From: an uncultured Thermoplasmata archaeon
GTDB lineage: Archaea > Thermoplasmatota > Thermoplasmata > JAGHBH01
Length of the DNA stretch: 64,000 nt
Direction: 5' to 3'
NCBI GenBank assembly: GCA_964601625.1
Contig: CAZROC010000005.1
Span: forward strand, 21,077-85,076
Below, piece by piece: positions 9,657 to 18,948 of the stretch. The number at the start of each line of letters is the position of its first letter. Position 1 is the stretch's first letter. The notes below the pieces were generated by a model, which saw only the letters and a program-made list of their open reading frames with translations, did no database searches and had not been told where the DNA came from. A program made the translations under genes and the position numbers.

Positions 9657-10121
9657 TTGGAAGGAGTCCCGTTGAAATTGCTCGTCAGCGCCGTCTTGCT
9701 GGCCGCTGTCTTGCCTCCCGCCATGACAGCTTTTTCTTCCATCAGAGAGCAGCATCAGGTGGCCATGTTTGAGTCTGAGTTAGAAAATCTCATAAAAACG
9801 GCCCAGTGGGTTTCTATGGGGGGCGCCGGGACCACAGGGGAGGCTGTTGTGGAAGTCCCTTCTTTTGTGGAAAAGGTGGTTTTTGGTTCAAAAGAGGGCC
9901 CGTCCTGTTTGGTAAAGGTGGTTTTTAGCGGTGGAACAGAGAAGAGATATCTGATATCGGACCCCATGGTCTACATGGAAGGGGGGACGGGCGGCGTTTT
10001 TGTGGTCGTTGGCGGAACAGCAGCCCACGTCGTTTTGAGAAACACCGGGTTTGTTGACGTGGACGGAGATGGTTTCATGGACTCGGTGATATGCATCAGC
10101 CGCCCCGCGTCCGGGGGATGA
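9657..10121 (+). CDS. Putative minor pilin-like protein
   Basis: N-terminus (M)EGVPLKLLVSAVLLAAV resembles the mature N-terminus of the upstream pilin; TTG start after GGTGGTG. Confidence 0.55.
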   Translation: MEGVPLKLLVSAVLLAAVLPPAMTAFSSIREQHQVAMFESELENLIKTAQWVSMGGAGTTGEAVVEVPSFVEKVVFGSKEGPSCLVKVVFSGGTEKRYLISDPMVYMEGGTGGVFVVVGGTAAHVVLRNTGFVDVDGDGFMDSVICISRPASGG

Positions 10122-10136
10122 AAAGGGGGTGGTGGT

Positions 10137-10628
10137 TTGTCTGACCTGTTTTTCACAAAGATGATGTGGTTTTTCGTTGCCGCTTCTCTGCTTGTCACCT
10201 CTATAGGGGCGGCGAATTTTTTTGTGTCTCTATCAGAGGACGATGGTACTTCAACGGCTGTATTCTATGCGTCCTGGATAGAGTCGTGTGCTCTGGACCC
10301 CACGGAAGAGTTTGTGAAAGAGGTTCCCCCGCCGCAACGTGGAAACTCGGTTGTTTTTTTCCGGAATACAGTCGTTGTGAGGTCCCACGGCGGCTCTGTG
10401 TCCAGAGGTTTTTCTGTCACCCTCCACATCTGGGACCCCGCGGAGTTGAACGCCACTTCTTTGAACGGCTCCACATGCTTGTCCTCCGGGACTATTGAGA
10501 CCATGGACGGTCTCCACAGGTCTCTGTCGTTTTCTCCCAGCGACAGCGTGTTTTTTGAAAAGAAAAATGTGGTTGTGGACGGTGTTTCCTCGCCCATGTT
10601 GTTTCTCTACAAGCTCCCCAAAGAATAG
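10137..10628 (+). CDS. Hypothetical membrane-anchored protein, possibly pilus accessory
   Basis: Single N-terminal hydrophobic helix; co-oriented with pilin-like genes; GGTGG SD. Confidence 0.5.
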   Translation: MSDLFFTKMMWFFVAASLLVTSIGAANFFVSLSEDDGTSTAVFYASWIESCALDPTEEFVKEVPPPQRGNSVVFFRNTVVVRSHGGSVSRGFSVTLHIWDPAELNATSLNGSTCLSSGTIETMDGLHRSLSFSPSDSVFFEKKNVVVDGVSSPMLFLYKLPKE

Positions 10629-10724
10629 TTCCGCAGATTTTAAATATAACCTCCCACCCTCTTACTGTGTGGACGCCAGAGGGCATGAGACGGCGTTGAA
10701 AACAAATGTCTGCGGGTTGTGTCT

Positions 10725-11909
10725 ATGAAAAAGCTGATATTGTGTGTGGACAGGGACGACGACCTGGGGGTTAAAGGGGGCCTGAACACACCCCTCCTGG
10801 GAGAAGAAGAGGTCAGAAGCGCCGTTTTTTCTCTTGGTCTCAGGGACCCGGAGGATTCGGACACAAACTGTCTACTGGCTGGTTTAAAGCTTTACAAAGA
10901 GATGAGGGAAGAAGGGGAGGATGTTGAGATAGGAGTGATAGCCGGCGACGCCTCTCTTGGAAGAAAGGCGGATGAAGCCCTGGCAACACAGCTTGAAAAT
11001 CTCCTCTCCGCAACAGGAGCGAGTTCTGTCATACTGGTGAGCGATGGGGCCGAGGACGAGAGCTTTTATCCAGTGGTTGCGTCCAGGGTGAAAGTGGACT
11101 CTGTTAAAAGGGTCTATGTTAAACAGGCCCCCGGAATTGAGAGCATAATACACGTTTTTATGAAAACGATGAAAGAGGAAAAGATACAGAGAAAGGTCCT
11201 CGTCCCACTGGGTCTCGCACTGGTTGTCTACGGCATCTGTGCTGTGAGCGGCGTCGCATACGCCGGGGTTGGTGCGATAGCGATAACCCTGGGGGCATAT
11301 TTTTTCGTCCAGGCATACCGCCTTGAGGGGAACGTGCTGGCGTTTTACAGAAATGTCCGCGTGGGTGTGGAAACGGGCCACGTGTCTCTGCCCTTTTCCA
11401 TCCTATCTCTGATACTGATCTCTGGCGGTGTGCTCCTTGGCTGGGGTGCTGTGCTCGCCATGAGAGAGTCTCCCCTGGCTATTCTGGTCATAACGTTTTT
11501 CAGGGTGTCTCTCTGGTGGTTTGTGGTGGCGGCCGTGGTGTATGGCCTCGGGAAAACAATTGACGTCTACCTCAGAAAGGGTGTTCTGATGTGGAACTTT
11601 TTCACGGTCGTTGTGAGCCTGGTCGCCATGGGATTTTTGATGTCCGGTGCCCTGGGCCTCATTGATTTCATAGTTAATTTCACACTGGAACAGCCGCAGT
11701 CGCCTGAGGTTTTGAAAGACGTCTTTTTCAATATGGTTGTTGGGATCTCCCTGGCAATGGTGGGAGGATACCTGCACCATTACATGAGTGAGAGATCACG
11801 CTCCGAGGACTTGGGGGAGGCACAGGCAGAAAAGAGTTTTTCTGAACAGGAACAGTCCGGCGCGGGTGTGGAGAAAGTTGATTTGGTTGAGGCGGGCGCT
11901 GACAGGTGA
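10725..11909 (+). CDS. DUF373 family membrane protein
   Basis: LCVDRDDDLG, DPEDSDTN, VSDGAEDE, then multiple TM helices. Confidence 0.85.
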   Translation: MKKLILCVDRDDDLGVKGGLNTPLLGEEEVRSAVFSLGLRDPEDSDTNCLLAGLKLYKEMREEGEDVEIGVIAGDASLGRKADEALATQLENLLSATGASSVILVSDGAEDESFYPVVASRVKVDSVKRVYVKQAPGIESIIHVFMKTMKEEKIQRKVLVPLGLALVVYGICAVSGVAYAGVGAIAITLGAYFFVQAYRLEGNVLAFYRNVRVGVETGHVSLPFSILSLILISGGVLLGWGAVLAMRESPLAILVITFFRVSLWWFVVAAVVYGLGKTIDVYLRKGVLMWNFFTVVVSLVAMGFLMSGALGLIDFIVNFTLEQPQSPEVLKDVFFNMVVGISLAMVGGYLHHYMSERSRSEDLGEAQAEKSFSEQEQSGAGVEKVDLVEAGADR

Positions 11910-11969
11910 CGTGGACATGGTGACAGGCGGCGTGGACGGGGTTTATCTGAGCGTGTCGGGGGCGGTGTT

Positions 11970-12842
11970 TTGAACCTGTCTGAGTGGATGTTTTTCTATG
12001 AAAGGATATGCCGTGACATGGGACACAGCCCGGTTGACGACCTGCGGGGTGCAGCTGTTCTGGCAGGGATGATAAAACCGTCCCGCCAGTTTGAGGGAGT
12101 TGAGCTTTTCAAAAAAAAGGTGTCCATGCAGGAAGTGGTGCTGGTGGCTCCCTCTCTGGGAGAAAAAGAACTGTCTTTTATAGAGGGGTTTGATGGCGTG
12201 GTTGTGGCCACAGACAGCTCTCTACATGTTCTGAGAGAAAAAGGCATTGGCGTTGACCTGTTTTTCACGGACCTTGACGGGAAAGAAGCGATCCTTGTGG
12301 ATACGAACAGAGATGGGGTGCTCGCTGTCGTGCACGCCCATGGAGACAACATCAACCGTTTGATGAGTGTTTTTCCAGAGATGTCTGGCCCGGTTTTTGG
12401 CACCTGCCAGGTTGTTCCCCCTCCGCCGCTGGTGAATTTTGGGGGCTACACCGATGGCGACAGGGCGCTGTCTGCCATACTTGAGAGCGGCGCCAGGCGG
12501 GTCTATCTCGTGGGGTTTGATTTTGAAAACCCTGTTGAAAAACCATGGCTTTATAAAAGAGGAGATAATTATGGGGGGCGACAGGATGGCGGGGAGAGAG
12601 GAACTCCAGAAACGGAAAGGGTGGAGATGGAGAGGGGTGAGATGGGAGGTGCAGATGTGGGAACAGCAGAGATGGAGATAAAGGCGGGGATGGGGGGGTT
12701 AAACGCCGAAATGTCTCGCTTCCTTCTTGAGAGAAAAAGGAAAAAGCTGGCGTGGGCAAGGGAGATAATATTCTATCTCATGGAAAAACACCCTGGCCGA
12801 ATTTTTTTCCCGGCTCTGGAAAAAAACCAGGGTAGCGAATAA
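11970..12842 (+). CDS. mptE: 6-hydroxymethyl-7,8-dihydropterin pyrophosphokinase (MptE-like)
   Basis: TDLDG, VHAHGDN, NFGGYTDGDRA, GFDF, KRKKLAWA. Confidence 0.85.
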   Translation: MNLSEWMFFYERICRDMGHSPVDDLRGAAVLAGMIKPSRQFEGVELFKKKVSMQEVVLVAPSLGEKELSFIEGFDGVVVATDSSLHVLREKGIGVDLFFTDLDGKEAILVDTNRDGVLAVVHAHGDNINRLMSVFPEMSGPVFGTCQVVPPPPLVNFGGYTDGDRALSAILESGARRVYLVGFDFENPVEKPWLYKRGDNYGGRQDGGERGTPETERVEMERGEMGGADVGTAEMEIKAGMGGLNAEMSRFLLERKRKKLAWAREIIFYLMEKHPGRIFFPALEKNQGSE

Positions 12843-13359
12843 CGCACAAATACGCGCGAAATCGTTGTCCAGTCTCACGAGGCCCATGTGCTCTCCACCG
12901 GCGGGTTCAAGGGTCACAACGCCAACCTTTGGACCATATCTCGCCGTGTAGTTGAAAAGGCCCAAGGTTGGAACGCCCATCCCGGTCGGTATCGGTATGA
13001 AGGGAAACATTATCTTTTTGCCCAGTATACCAACAGCCCCGCACACTGCTATCAGCCCGCCGCCGTTTTCCACATATGACAGAAGCGGGCCCCTTATCTC
13101 GGTGCCTATGGTTTTCAGGGTTCTGAAAAAAAGCCCCCGGCCCGCCCTTTCCATGGTGCCTGAAAGGAAAGATTCCCGGAAGAAAAAAGACGTCCAGATC
13201 CTCCAGCCCGCCGCCCAGTATATCCTCTCTGGTGTATTTTTTGTATGGTATGTCGTTCTTTTTCAGCGCTTTTTCTTCGTATCGTTCCGCGATTGCTTCG
13301 TCGGTGTATATGCCAATCCGGTAATCTGAAAAAGCGTTCCCATTTTTCATCGCTGTCAC
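12843..13359 (-). pseudogene. Frameshifted class I glutamine amidotransferase-like (BPL_N-like) gene
   Basis: First frame YRIGIY...LDVFFLPG continues in another frame as YVENGGGLIAVCGAVG; the shift falls at the G5/T7 run near 13126-13140; 3' end unclear. Confidence 0.6.
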
Positions 13360-13415
13360 CGGCGTGTTCTATCTTCCATCGGCTCCCGCCCACCCCGTGT
13401 GTTAAGAGAGGTTTC

Positions 13416-14872
13416 TCAAATATTTTTTCTCTCGTCCACTATCCTTTTCGCCTTTATTGATCCGCCCATCTGGTTGAAAAGGGCGTCGGTGCTGCCCCAC
13501 ACGACGACACTCGGGGTTATCTCAAGCCTGTCAGAAACCAGACGCTGTATGTCCCAACCCTGTCTTTTTCGCCTTTTTTCTCACAGAAACGTTTATCGTC
13601 AGCACATCAACCTCGTAGGGGTGTTGTCCTTTTTCCCTACGACCACCTGCCACTCTTCAACATCGGGTATTGTGGGCAGTATCTCATAAAAAGCGTGGAG
13701 GTTCACAGGGGTCCCTTTATGTTCGTGAGATGGATGGTCTCCTCATAGTAGTGGCTCCGCCTTATCGGGCCGATTAGACGTGGGACCGGCGAACTGCATC
13801 TGGGACAGCGGTCGTACACTATACCCCCCTCAAATATGTCCCCTATCAGATACCTCATTACCGTGCTCCCTCGCCCATCTATGCTGGTTATGGCCAGAGC
13901 CCCCCTTTCTCCGGGGCCAAGCTGTTCCCCTGTTTTCGGATCCACAATCTCGGTTATCAAAAGATCAGGGTGTGTGTGGAACTCCTGTGTCAGTGGCCGG
14001 CACTCGGTGAAAGCGGTTCGCATCTCCGTAGCACCGTAGACGTCTATTATGTCCACCCCCGGGCTCCCCATGTCCACCAGCATGCGCTCTATCTTTTTCT
14101 TGGACCCCTCGGGGAATCTCTCACCGGCCCCCATTATGCGGGTTATCGTGGACAGGGGCTTGTGGAGTTCAACGCTCTTTCTGACCATGTGATAGAGATA
14201 GCTGGGGATGCCTATCAGGGTGTCAACCTGGAGTTTGCGGGCGAGGTCTATGGCCTTTTCAGTGCTGGTGACATCCCCTCCCCCGGTGTGGTACACAAAC
14301 CACCCGCCCCTCAGAGCGGCTATCAGTGTATGGTAGAAGGCGAGGTGGGGTGCAAACGGGAACAGGTTGAGGGCTTTTGACTCCGGGGTTATTCCGCCGA
14401 CAAGAGCGTTTCTTATGAAAGAACGTCCGAATATTTCAAGGTCGTACTGTGTGTAAACAAACGGCACGTTGTTTCCCGTGGTGCCCGATGTGGCTATTAT
14501 GAGACTGGGAGCGTATTCTTCTCTGAACTCCTCGGCTACGTCCACGCCAAAACTCTTTTTCATTCCCATGACCAGCAGGCGGTTCATTGGCCACGCGGAT
14601 AGTATCGTTTTTTCATCCGGCTGCAGAATGAAATCCTTGTACACCTCCGGGTTTTTCTCTGTCGGGAGGATGTCCTTTTTTGTTGTGAGAGGCAGCTTTT
14701 CCAGGTCTTCTATGCGTTTTATGGAGGATGGGTCTATTCCCAGTTTTTTGAATACCCTCCTGTAAAAAGGGTGGAAGGGAATCTGGTATCTTATAAAAGC
14801 CCTGAGTTTTTTGTTCTGCATGCGGCGTATCTGTCCAGGAGACATTCGCAGCAGAGGGTCTTTGAACAGCAA
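13416..14872 (-). pseudogene. Phenylacetate-CoA ligase (PaaK)-like adenylate-forming enzyme with three 3' frameshifts
   Basis: TSGTTG, YGATE, RYLIGD; ORF stops at 13703, but IKGTPVN...EEWQVVV, YEVDVL and KAKRIVDER continue in shifted frames to a TGA at 13416. Confidence 0.75.
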
Positions 14873-14995
14873 TATATCACTCCTTCACTTCTATCTAAAC
14901 TCCTGTGTACGTCTGGAATTTGAACTCCCACATAATTTTTTTGTCACATATACCGGGTTTTCTGGTGCATATTCACATTTCTAGTTGGCGGTGGT

Positions 14996-16018
14996 TTATA
15001 TACTTTGACAGGAGTCCACTTTTTGCTGAACAGGGAAATCCGAATACCCGATATATAATTTTGCCACGTTAACACCCACCGGCGCCCCTATGTGCCTCGC
15101 AATGGGCCAGCACTTCGTTCTCAGCAGAAAAAGAACGGGTGGGAGCCGCCGCAGAACCTCATTCTCGGACAGCGACTCAAAGTTCGCCATCCCCTTGGAT
15201 ATTATGAGGCCAGCAGAGTAGAGAACGTCCTCCGTGTCCGAGGGCAGGCGGCTCAGGTCAATTCCCACGCTCCCCGTGCCGGTGGTATAAAAACCATCCG
15301 CCATATCAGAGAGGCCGAGATTTTTCACGTCTTCCATGGTGGCATCAGTCAGGATGGGCCTGCCCTTGACCACGACATAAACCCCGAAGCCCATGTCCCG
15401 GAGGACACCCCAAACGATGGAATCAAAGACTATCTCCCCACAGTTGTCGGTGAGATAAACCACACCGTTCCCGCCGTCTTTCCCACCACTTTTGTCCCCG
15501 GTGAGCAGTTCCAGTGCACGCCTCACATCGTTTATATAAAAGCCCTCGTCCACTATGCCGTGGAACAGATTCCCGAACTCGCCGGGGTCTCCCAGCGCCC
15601 CCCTTATGCCGAAGTCCAGAACGTTCCCGGCCACGCTGGCAAGGGCGGCTCGCTCAAACACATCTACACCACCCTTTTTTCCCTCGCCGAACACATATCT
15701 CTTTGCCTGCCCAAGCATGTCTATTGCTGAGCGGTTACTCTTTTCTTTCAACCCGGCATAGGGGTCGTCTGTTTTGAGCATTCTGTAAGCGAGACGGTGC
15801 ACCTCTGTGGCCACATCTGTGGAAACAGCCGGCTCTTCCGGGTTGTAAAGGTCATACAAACGCTTCGCACACGCACGCACAACGTCACCAACGGTGGAGT
15901 CCACTTCTCTCACGTCACGCCCAAAAACAAGCCGGCTCTCATACAAAACACGGTTGAGAAGACAGGGAACACACTCAGGAGCCAGTCTCATCCACACCAC
16001 CCATGTTTTTTCGGCCAC
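14996..16018 (-). CDS. Damage-control metal-dependent phosphatase (DUF89/ARMT1 family)
   Basis: ECVPC, DPY, GNVLDFG, DNCGEIVFD, KGMANFESL. Confidence 0.88.
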   Translation of the reverse strand: MAEKTWVVWMRLAPECVPCLLNRVLYESRLVFGRDVREVDSTVGDVVRACAKRLYDLYNPEEPAVSTDVATEVHRLAYRMLKTDDPYAGLKEKSNRSAIDMLGQAKRYVFGEGKKGGVDVFERAALASVAGNVLDFGIRGALGDPGEFGNLFHGIVDEGFYINDVRRALELLTGDKSGGKDGGNGVVYLTDNCGEIVFDSIVWGVLRDMGFGVYVVVKGRPILTDATMEDVKNLGLSDMADGFYTTGTGSVGIDLSRLPSDTEDVLYSAGLIISKGMANFESLSENEVLRRLPPVLFLLRTKCWPIARHIGAPVGVNVAKLYIGYSDFPVQQKVDSCQSI

Positions 16019-16021
16019 ACT

Positions 16022-16741
16022 TTACACGTTGAACTTCTCCGGCTTTCCGGTTTTCCCGAACCGCTTTTTGAAGAGGAAAAAAAGGTTGTTCAGTCCGTCC
16101 CGCCACGTGTTCAACTTGACCTCTCCCTTCCTGGAACTGTACCTTATCGGCACCTCTTTGCACCTGAACCCTTTTTTCCAGGCTTCAATTTTTATCTCTT
16201 CGCTGAAAGCCATCTCATCGCTGGTCAGTTCCAGGTCTTCCAGGATGCTCCGCCTGAAAACCCACATACCGCTCTGGCTGTCTTTTAGAGGTATGCGGAA
16301 AAGGAGGCGGGTGGTGGCGGCGAGTACCCAGTTGCCGAACCGGTGGCCAAAGCTCATGGCACCGGGTTCCATCATGCTCAACCTGTCCGTGGTTATGAAA
16401 TCCAGGTCCTCGTCGTAGAGCGTCTTCACAAGGTCCGGTATAACCTCCGGTGGATATGTGGTGTCTCCGTCCAGTGTGACGATCACATCCCCCCTGGCAT
16501 GGGCAAAACCGGTCTTGTAGGCCCTCCCGTATCCACGCCGTGGCTCATCAACAACAATGGCCCCCTTGGACCGGGCTATTTCCCTGGTGCGGTCCTTGCT
16601 GTTCGTGTCAACGATCATAACCTCAACGTCCGCAAAATCCCTGGGAATCCTGTCCAGCACCTCCCCTATGGACTCCTCCTCGTTCATCGTCGGGATTATC
16701 ACAGTGACCCGGGGCTTTTTTTCCTCCTCGCTGCCGGCCAT
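16022..16741 (-). CDS. Glycosyltransferase family 2 (DPM synthase-like)
   Basis: IIPTMNEE, GYGRAY, LDGDTTY, DSQSG; the true start is MAGSEEE at 16741. Confidence 0.88.
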   Translation of the reverse strand: MAGSEEEKKPRVTVIIPTMNEEESIGEVLDRIPRDFADVEVMIVDTNSKDRTREIARSKGAIVVDEPRRGYGRAYKTGFAHARGDVIVTLDGDTTYPPEVIPDLVKTLYDEDLDFITTDRLSMMEPGAMSFGHRFGNWVLAATTRLLFRIPLKDSQSGMWVFRRSILEDLELTSDEMAFSEEIKIEAWKKGFRCKEVPIRYSSRKGEVKLNTWRDGLNNLFFLFKKRFGKTGKPEKFNV

Positions 16742-16837
16742 TTTCTCCACCTGCAACCCCCACAAAAAAGAGAGATATAAAAAATGTGCGTGAAAATCAC
16801 ACAACTTATTTATTTCTCTTTTCCTTTCCTCTTTTTG

Positions 16838-17710
16838 ATGAAAAAGATAAAAAGCGGTGTTTACGGCCTCAACGCTCTGATGGACGGGGGGATAAATCAG
16901 GGCTCTACCACGGTTGTGATAGGGTGTGCCGGTGCTGGCAAGACCACCTTTGCCACCCAGTTCATAAGGCGGGGTCTGGAGGATGGCCAGGAGGGGATAT
17001 TTGTCAGCCTGGACGAGAACAAGGAACAGATTGTGAAAGAGGCCGTTGAGATGGGTTGGAGGGACATACTGGATTACATTGACGACGGCCTGCTGGTTTT
17101 CATTGACGCCTCCGGGAAAGAGTTTTCCAGGTTTATCAAAGAGGAGCTGCCGGGCTTCGTTGAGGAGTGGCGGGGTGCTGACGCCAGAATAGTCGTTGAC
17201 CCCCTGACACCTGTTATCTGGGCGGTCCAGGACAGGTACACCCAGAGAGACCTTCTGTCTTTCATGTTTAAGCAGCTGCGCCGGGTGGGAACCGTTGTGT
17301 GCACCCTTGAAGAGCACGGGTCCGCGGGAGACCTTTCGGGGAACGAAGTGGTCATTCCGATGTACCTCGCTGACACGGTCATACACCTCCGCTATCGTTT
17401 GACGGATGAGGGCGTTAACCGGATGCTTAAGGTGGCGAAGTGCAGAAGCAGCAGGCACAGCGAGTTCTACCACCCCTATCACATTATACGGGGTTTTGGC
17501 ATAATCGTTGAGACGGGCAGGTTCCGGGACGTGAAAACCCGGAAGGCCCCTGAACGGCTCAGGGAACTCCTGCGTGATAACGCCAGAAAACTACCGCCGA
17601 GGGTAGTCCAGCGTCTCATACGGGCCATAAATGATCTGACAGATGCGGATTTTGAAAAGATCCCGCCCGAAGAGGTGATGGAGAAGATAATAAGAGAGTA
17701 CTCCGATTGA
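16838..17710 (+). CDS. Single-domain KaiC/RAD55-family ATPase
   Basis: KSGVYGLNALMDGG, Walker A GCAGAGKT, VVDPL, LEE, KCR. Confidence 0.88.
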   Translation: MKKIKSGVYGLNALMDGGINQGSTTVVIGCAGAGKTTFATQFIRRGLEDGQEGIFVSLDENKEQIVKEAVEMGWRDILDYIDDGLLVFIDASGKEFSRFIKEELPGFVEEWRGADARIVVDPLTPVIWAVQDRYTQRDLLSFMFKQLRRVGTVVCTLEEHGSAGDLSGNEVVIPMYLADTVIHLRYRLTDEGVNRMLKVAKCRSSRHSEFYHPYHIIRGFGIIVETGRFRDVKTRKAPERLRELLRDNARKLPPRVVQRLIRAINDLTDADFEKIPPEEVMEKIIREYSD

Positions 17711-17816
17711 GATGAGTGGCTGTAAAAAAGTGTGTGTAAAGCGGATTCCGGGAACCGGGATTACTATGAAAAAAAGGATGGGAAAGGCCCTTGAAAAAGC
17801 TATAAAGGGGGGGGAT

Positions 17817-18494
17817 ATGAGAGAGGAGCGTTTGCCGGTGGAAAACCCCCTCCTGAACAGGCAGAGGAGCAGGATATATTCTTTTCTCACGTTCCGGCCC
17901 CTGTCTTCTTTTTCCAGCGCCGCGAGACACCTGGGTGTCAACGTGACAACGATCCGCTGGCATGTTGAAAAACTGTGGGGCCACGGTTTTGTGTCCTTTT
18001 ATGAGTCGCTCCCATACCCATCCGGTCTTGTGGACGCCAGGGACCTCCCCCTGTTAAGGGCTCTGGGCTCTTCTGCCGGCACAATCTTTTTCTACGTGGT
18101 CAAAAACCCCGGTCTGACGCTCGGAGAAATCCATAAACAGGTGGGCTTTTCATATTCCCGCACGTCAGCGCTTGTGTCGGAGCTTGAAAACCTGGGCCTG
18201 GTGGCCAGGGTAAAAGACGGCCATAGGACGCGGGTTTATCCCACCGAACTTTATAGGGAGAGAATGGAAAACCAGCACACTGTCGGGCGGAAACACGTTG
18301 AAAATCTCATCTCACGGCTCAGGGCGGGCGGAATTGATGTTGAGGTTGTTAAGAGGGGGGATCTCACCGTGCTGGTTCTCAGAAAGGGCCGTGTGGCAAC
18401 TGGGCTGAACATCTGGACAAACCCTTTTCTATCTCTGTTGGAGGAGTTCAACAAACAGCTTTTTGAAAGAGACTACCAGGACCCCTCCGAGTAG
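17817..18494 (+). CDS. Double winged-helix transcriptional regulator (start uncertain)
   Basis: AARHLGVNVTTIRWHVEKL and NPGLTLGEI...LENLGLV...RTRVYP HTH-like segments. Confidence 0.7.
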   Translation: MREERLPVENPLLNRQRSRIYSFLTFRPLSSFSSAARHLGVNVTTIRWHVEKLWGHGFVSFYESLPYPSGLVDARDLPLLRALGSSAGTIFFYVVKNPGLTLGEIHKQVGFSYSRTSALVSELENLGLVARVKDGHRTRVYPTELYRERMENQHTVGRKHVENLISRLRAGGIDVEVVKRGDLTVLVLRKGRVATGLNIWTNPFLSLLEEFNKQLFERDYQDPSE

Positions 18495-18887
18495 GACGCC
18501 GGCGATGTTTGCGCCCATGTCCGGAAAAGAAAAAGACCTCGCCGGCACAGACAGCTGATACGCCTCACAGAAGACGCCGTAAATGGCAGCCAGAGAGATA
18601 GGTAGAACAGGTTTTTTCCACCGGCTCATAGCTGCCAGCGCTCCGAGTACGAAGAACATGCCCCCGTGGATGATCTTGTCCAGGTTGGGTATGGCCTGTT
18701 CTCCCGGAGGAGACGGGGGCGAGGGCGTGGCGATGATGTAAAAAATGAGCACGGCATATGCCACGGCGGCGACGATGTACACACGTCGGTCCACGGAGAA
18801 AAAGAAGCCCACCACACGGCCGATCAGACGTCTCAAGTTTTTGTCCCCTGGCCGTTTTCCATCGCCGCTTTCTGCGTCATCCTTCAT
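18429..18887 (-). CDS. VanZ-like membrane protein
   Basis: DKIIH, E..Q..VP.R, DMGAN. Confidence 0.75.
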   Translation of the reverse strand: MKDDAESGDGKRPGDKNLRRLIGRVVGFFFSVDRRVYIVAAVAYAVLIFYIIATPSPPSPPGEQAIPNLDKIIHGGMFFVLGALAAMSRWKKPVLPISLAAIYGVFCEAYQLSVPARSFSFPDMGANIAGVLLGGVLVVSFKKLFVELLQQR

Positions 18888-18948
18888 TTTAGCGCCTCCA
18901 TGCTCATTTTAATATCTTTATCCTACCTATGACTTTCCCCGTTCTGGC

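Noticed and set aside
16742..17482. 247-aa N-terminal extension of the GT2 ORF
   Set aside because: Antisense to the KaiC-like gene; GT2 motifs start right after the Met at 16741
16838..17710. Circadian clock KaiC
   Set aside because: Single ATPase domain and no kaiA/kaiB
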